IMG/VR virus record: IMGVR_UViG_3300020452_000237
Coordinates: 1 to 28,402 of that record
DNA length: 28,402 bases
Origin: a virus
Taxonomy: Duplodnaviria > Caudoviricetes
Direction: 5' to 3' (one strand)
Below the pieces are notes generated by a model, which made no database searches, was not told the DNA's origin, and worked only from the letters and a program-made list of their open reading frames with translations. The position numbers and the translations under genes are program-made. Shown here piece after piece: positions 27,277 to 28,402 of the stretch. Each line of letters begins with the position of its first letter. Position 1 is the first letter of the stretch.

Positions 27277-28131
27277 ATGGCACAACCAGGTAGTAGATCT
27301 GAATTTAAGGCATATTGTTTAAGGCAGTTAGGTGCTCCAGTATTGGAGATTAATATTGCTGATGAACAGTGTGATGATAGAATTGATGATGCTATTCAGT
27401 ATTTTCATGAAAGGCATTTTGATGGTGTAGTTAGAACCTATTTAAAATATCAAATAACACAAGCTGATATTGATAGGGGAAGAGCATCTGTATTAACAGG
27501 AAAAGATAAAACAGGTATAACAACCGAGACTGCAACGGCAAATATTGCAGGAACAGATCAAGAGTTTCCTTGGTATGAAAATAGTAATTATATACAAGTT
27601 CCACCATCAGTAATAGGAGTAGAAAAAATATTCCGTTTTGGTGGAAGTAATTCTATATCCAATAATATGTTTAGTATTAAATATCAATTATTTTTAAATG
27701 ATATTGCTTTTAATATGGGATATAATGGACTTTTGAGTTATGCAATGACCCAAACATATTTGTCTGATATTGATTTTCTATTAACTACAACAAAACAAAT
27801 TAGATTTAACCAAAGACAAGATAGATTATATTTAGATATTGATTGGTCAGCATGTGAGGTTGATGAGTTTATAGTCCTTGAATGTTTTAGACTTGTTAAT
27901 CCTAATGACTTTAGCAGGGTATGGAACGATTCGTTCTTAAAGAGATATGCTACTGCATTACTTAAAAGACAATGGGGTCAAAATTTACTTAAGTTTCAGG
28001 GTGTTAAATTACCTGGTGGAATAGAAATGAATGGAAGGCAGATATATGATGATGCAGAAAAAGACCTAGAAATTATCAGAGAACAGATGTCTAATACATA
28101 CGAACTTCCACCTCTGGATATGATAGGATAA
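27277..28131 (+). CDS. gp13: Neck protein gp13
   Basis: 284 aa. 'YCLRQLGAPVLEINIADEQ.DDRIDDAIQYF.ERHFDG', 'FLKRYATALLKRQWGQNL.KFQGVKLPGGIEMNG..IY' and C-terminal 'ELPPLDMIG'. Confidence 0.95.
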   Translation: MAQPGSRSEFKAYCLRQLGAPVLEINIADEQCDDRIDDAIQYFHERHFDGVVRTYLKYQITQADIDRGRASVLTGKDKTGITTETATANIAGTDQEFPWYENSNYIQVPPSVIGVEKIFRFGGSNSISNNMFSIKYQLFLNDIAFNMGYNGLLSYAMTQTYLSDIDFLLTTTKQIRFNQRQDRLYLDIDWSACEVDEFIVLECFRLVNPNDFSRVWNDSFLKRYATALLKRQWGQNLLKFQGVKLPGGIEMNGRQIYDDAEKDLEIIREQMSNTYELPPLDMIG

Positions 28132-28135
28132 TATA

Positions 28136-28402
28136 GTGCTGAATCCATTTTTCCAACAAGGATCTAAATCTGAACAGAATCTTGTACAAGATTTAATCAA
28201 CGAACAGTTGAGGATGTATGGTGTTGAGGTTCATTATCTTCCTCGCAAATACATGAATGAAAAGACTATCTTGAGGGAAGTTGTTCAATCAGTATTTGAT
28301 GATTCATATCCACTAGAAGCTTATGTAGATAATTTTGATGGATATGCAGAAAATCCTACTCTACTTTCAAAGTTTGGTATTGAACAAACTAATGAAGTAA
28401 CT
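28136..28402 (+). CDS. gp14: Neck protein gp14 (5' partial, runs off the window)
   Basis: Manual translation from GTG 28136 (AGGA at 28125-28128): MLNPFFQQGSKSEQNLVQDLINEQLRMYGVEVHYLPRKY...YPLEAYVDNFDGY.....LLSKFGI. Directly follows gp13. Confidence 0.92.
   Translation, partial: MLNPFFQQGSKSEQNLVQDLINEQLRMYGVEVHYLPRKYMNEKTILREVVQSVFDDSYPLEAYVDNFDGYAENPTLLSKFGIEQTNEVT

Noticed and set aside
27272-27279. TATAAATG as a late promoter for gp13
   Set aside because: It overlaps the gp13 start codon, so it could not transcribe the full gene; CCTAAATA at 27250 is better placed.
28133-28138. gp14 start possibly a mutated ATG (in-frame ATA before GTG), i.e. a pseudogene or sequencing error
   Set aside because: GTG at 28136 has AGGA 7 nt upstream and gives a normal MLNPFF N-terminus; gp25 also starts with GTG.
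1-28402. Stop-codon reassignment or alternative genetic code
   Set aside because: Very long ORFs are intact under the standard code and genes end at TAA or TAG where expected. TGA is not used as a stop in the called genes, but no gene requires readthrough.

Overview
AT-rich segment of a T4-like marine cyanophage (cyanomyovirus) genome, with all credible genes on the + strand. The window spans the boundary between a host-sigma70-driven region and the late structural module. The left end (1-2100) holds the tail of an upstream ORF and a ~310 bp structured non-coding region with a consensus sigma70 promoter, long hairpins and A-tract repeats. It continues with a 79-aa hypothetical, then a GT-A-fold glycosyltransferase-like gene under a perfect TTGACA-N17-TATAAT promoter. 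Three small ORFs missed by the ORF track follow (two very basic), then an intrinsic terminator and one more small ORF. The rest is the canonical cyanophage baseplate/neck block: gp25, gp6, giant gp7 (4294 aa), gp8, a VrlC/DUF4815-like virion protein (2520 aa), two small conserved proteins, gp13 and the 5' part of gp14, with T4-type late promoters. No tRNA, CRISPR array or mobile element was seen. Three things most deserve follow-up: (i) a short G-[ILV]-[GASTN]-[TS] motif scattered through nearly all the unrelated structural proteins next to a glycosyltransferase gene, a possible virion O-glycosylation system (hypothesis); (ii) the structured intergenic region at 88-396, a candidate origin, packaging signal or ncRNA; (iii) nested domain insertions in gp7. 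Family assignments come from motif recognition and gene order, not database searches.
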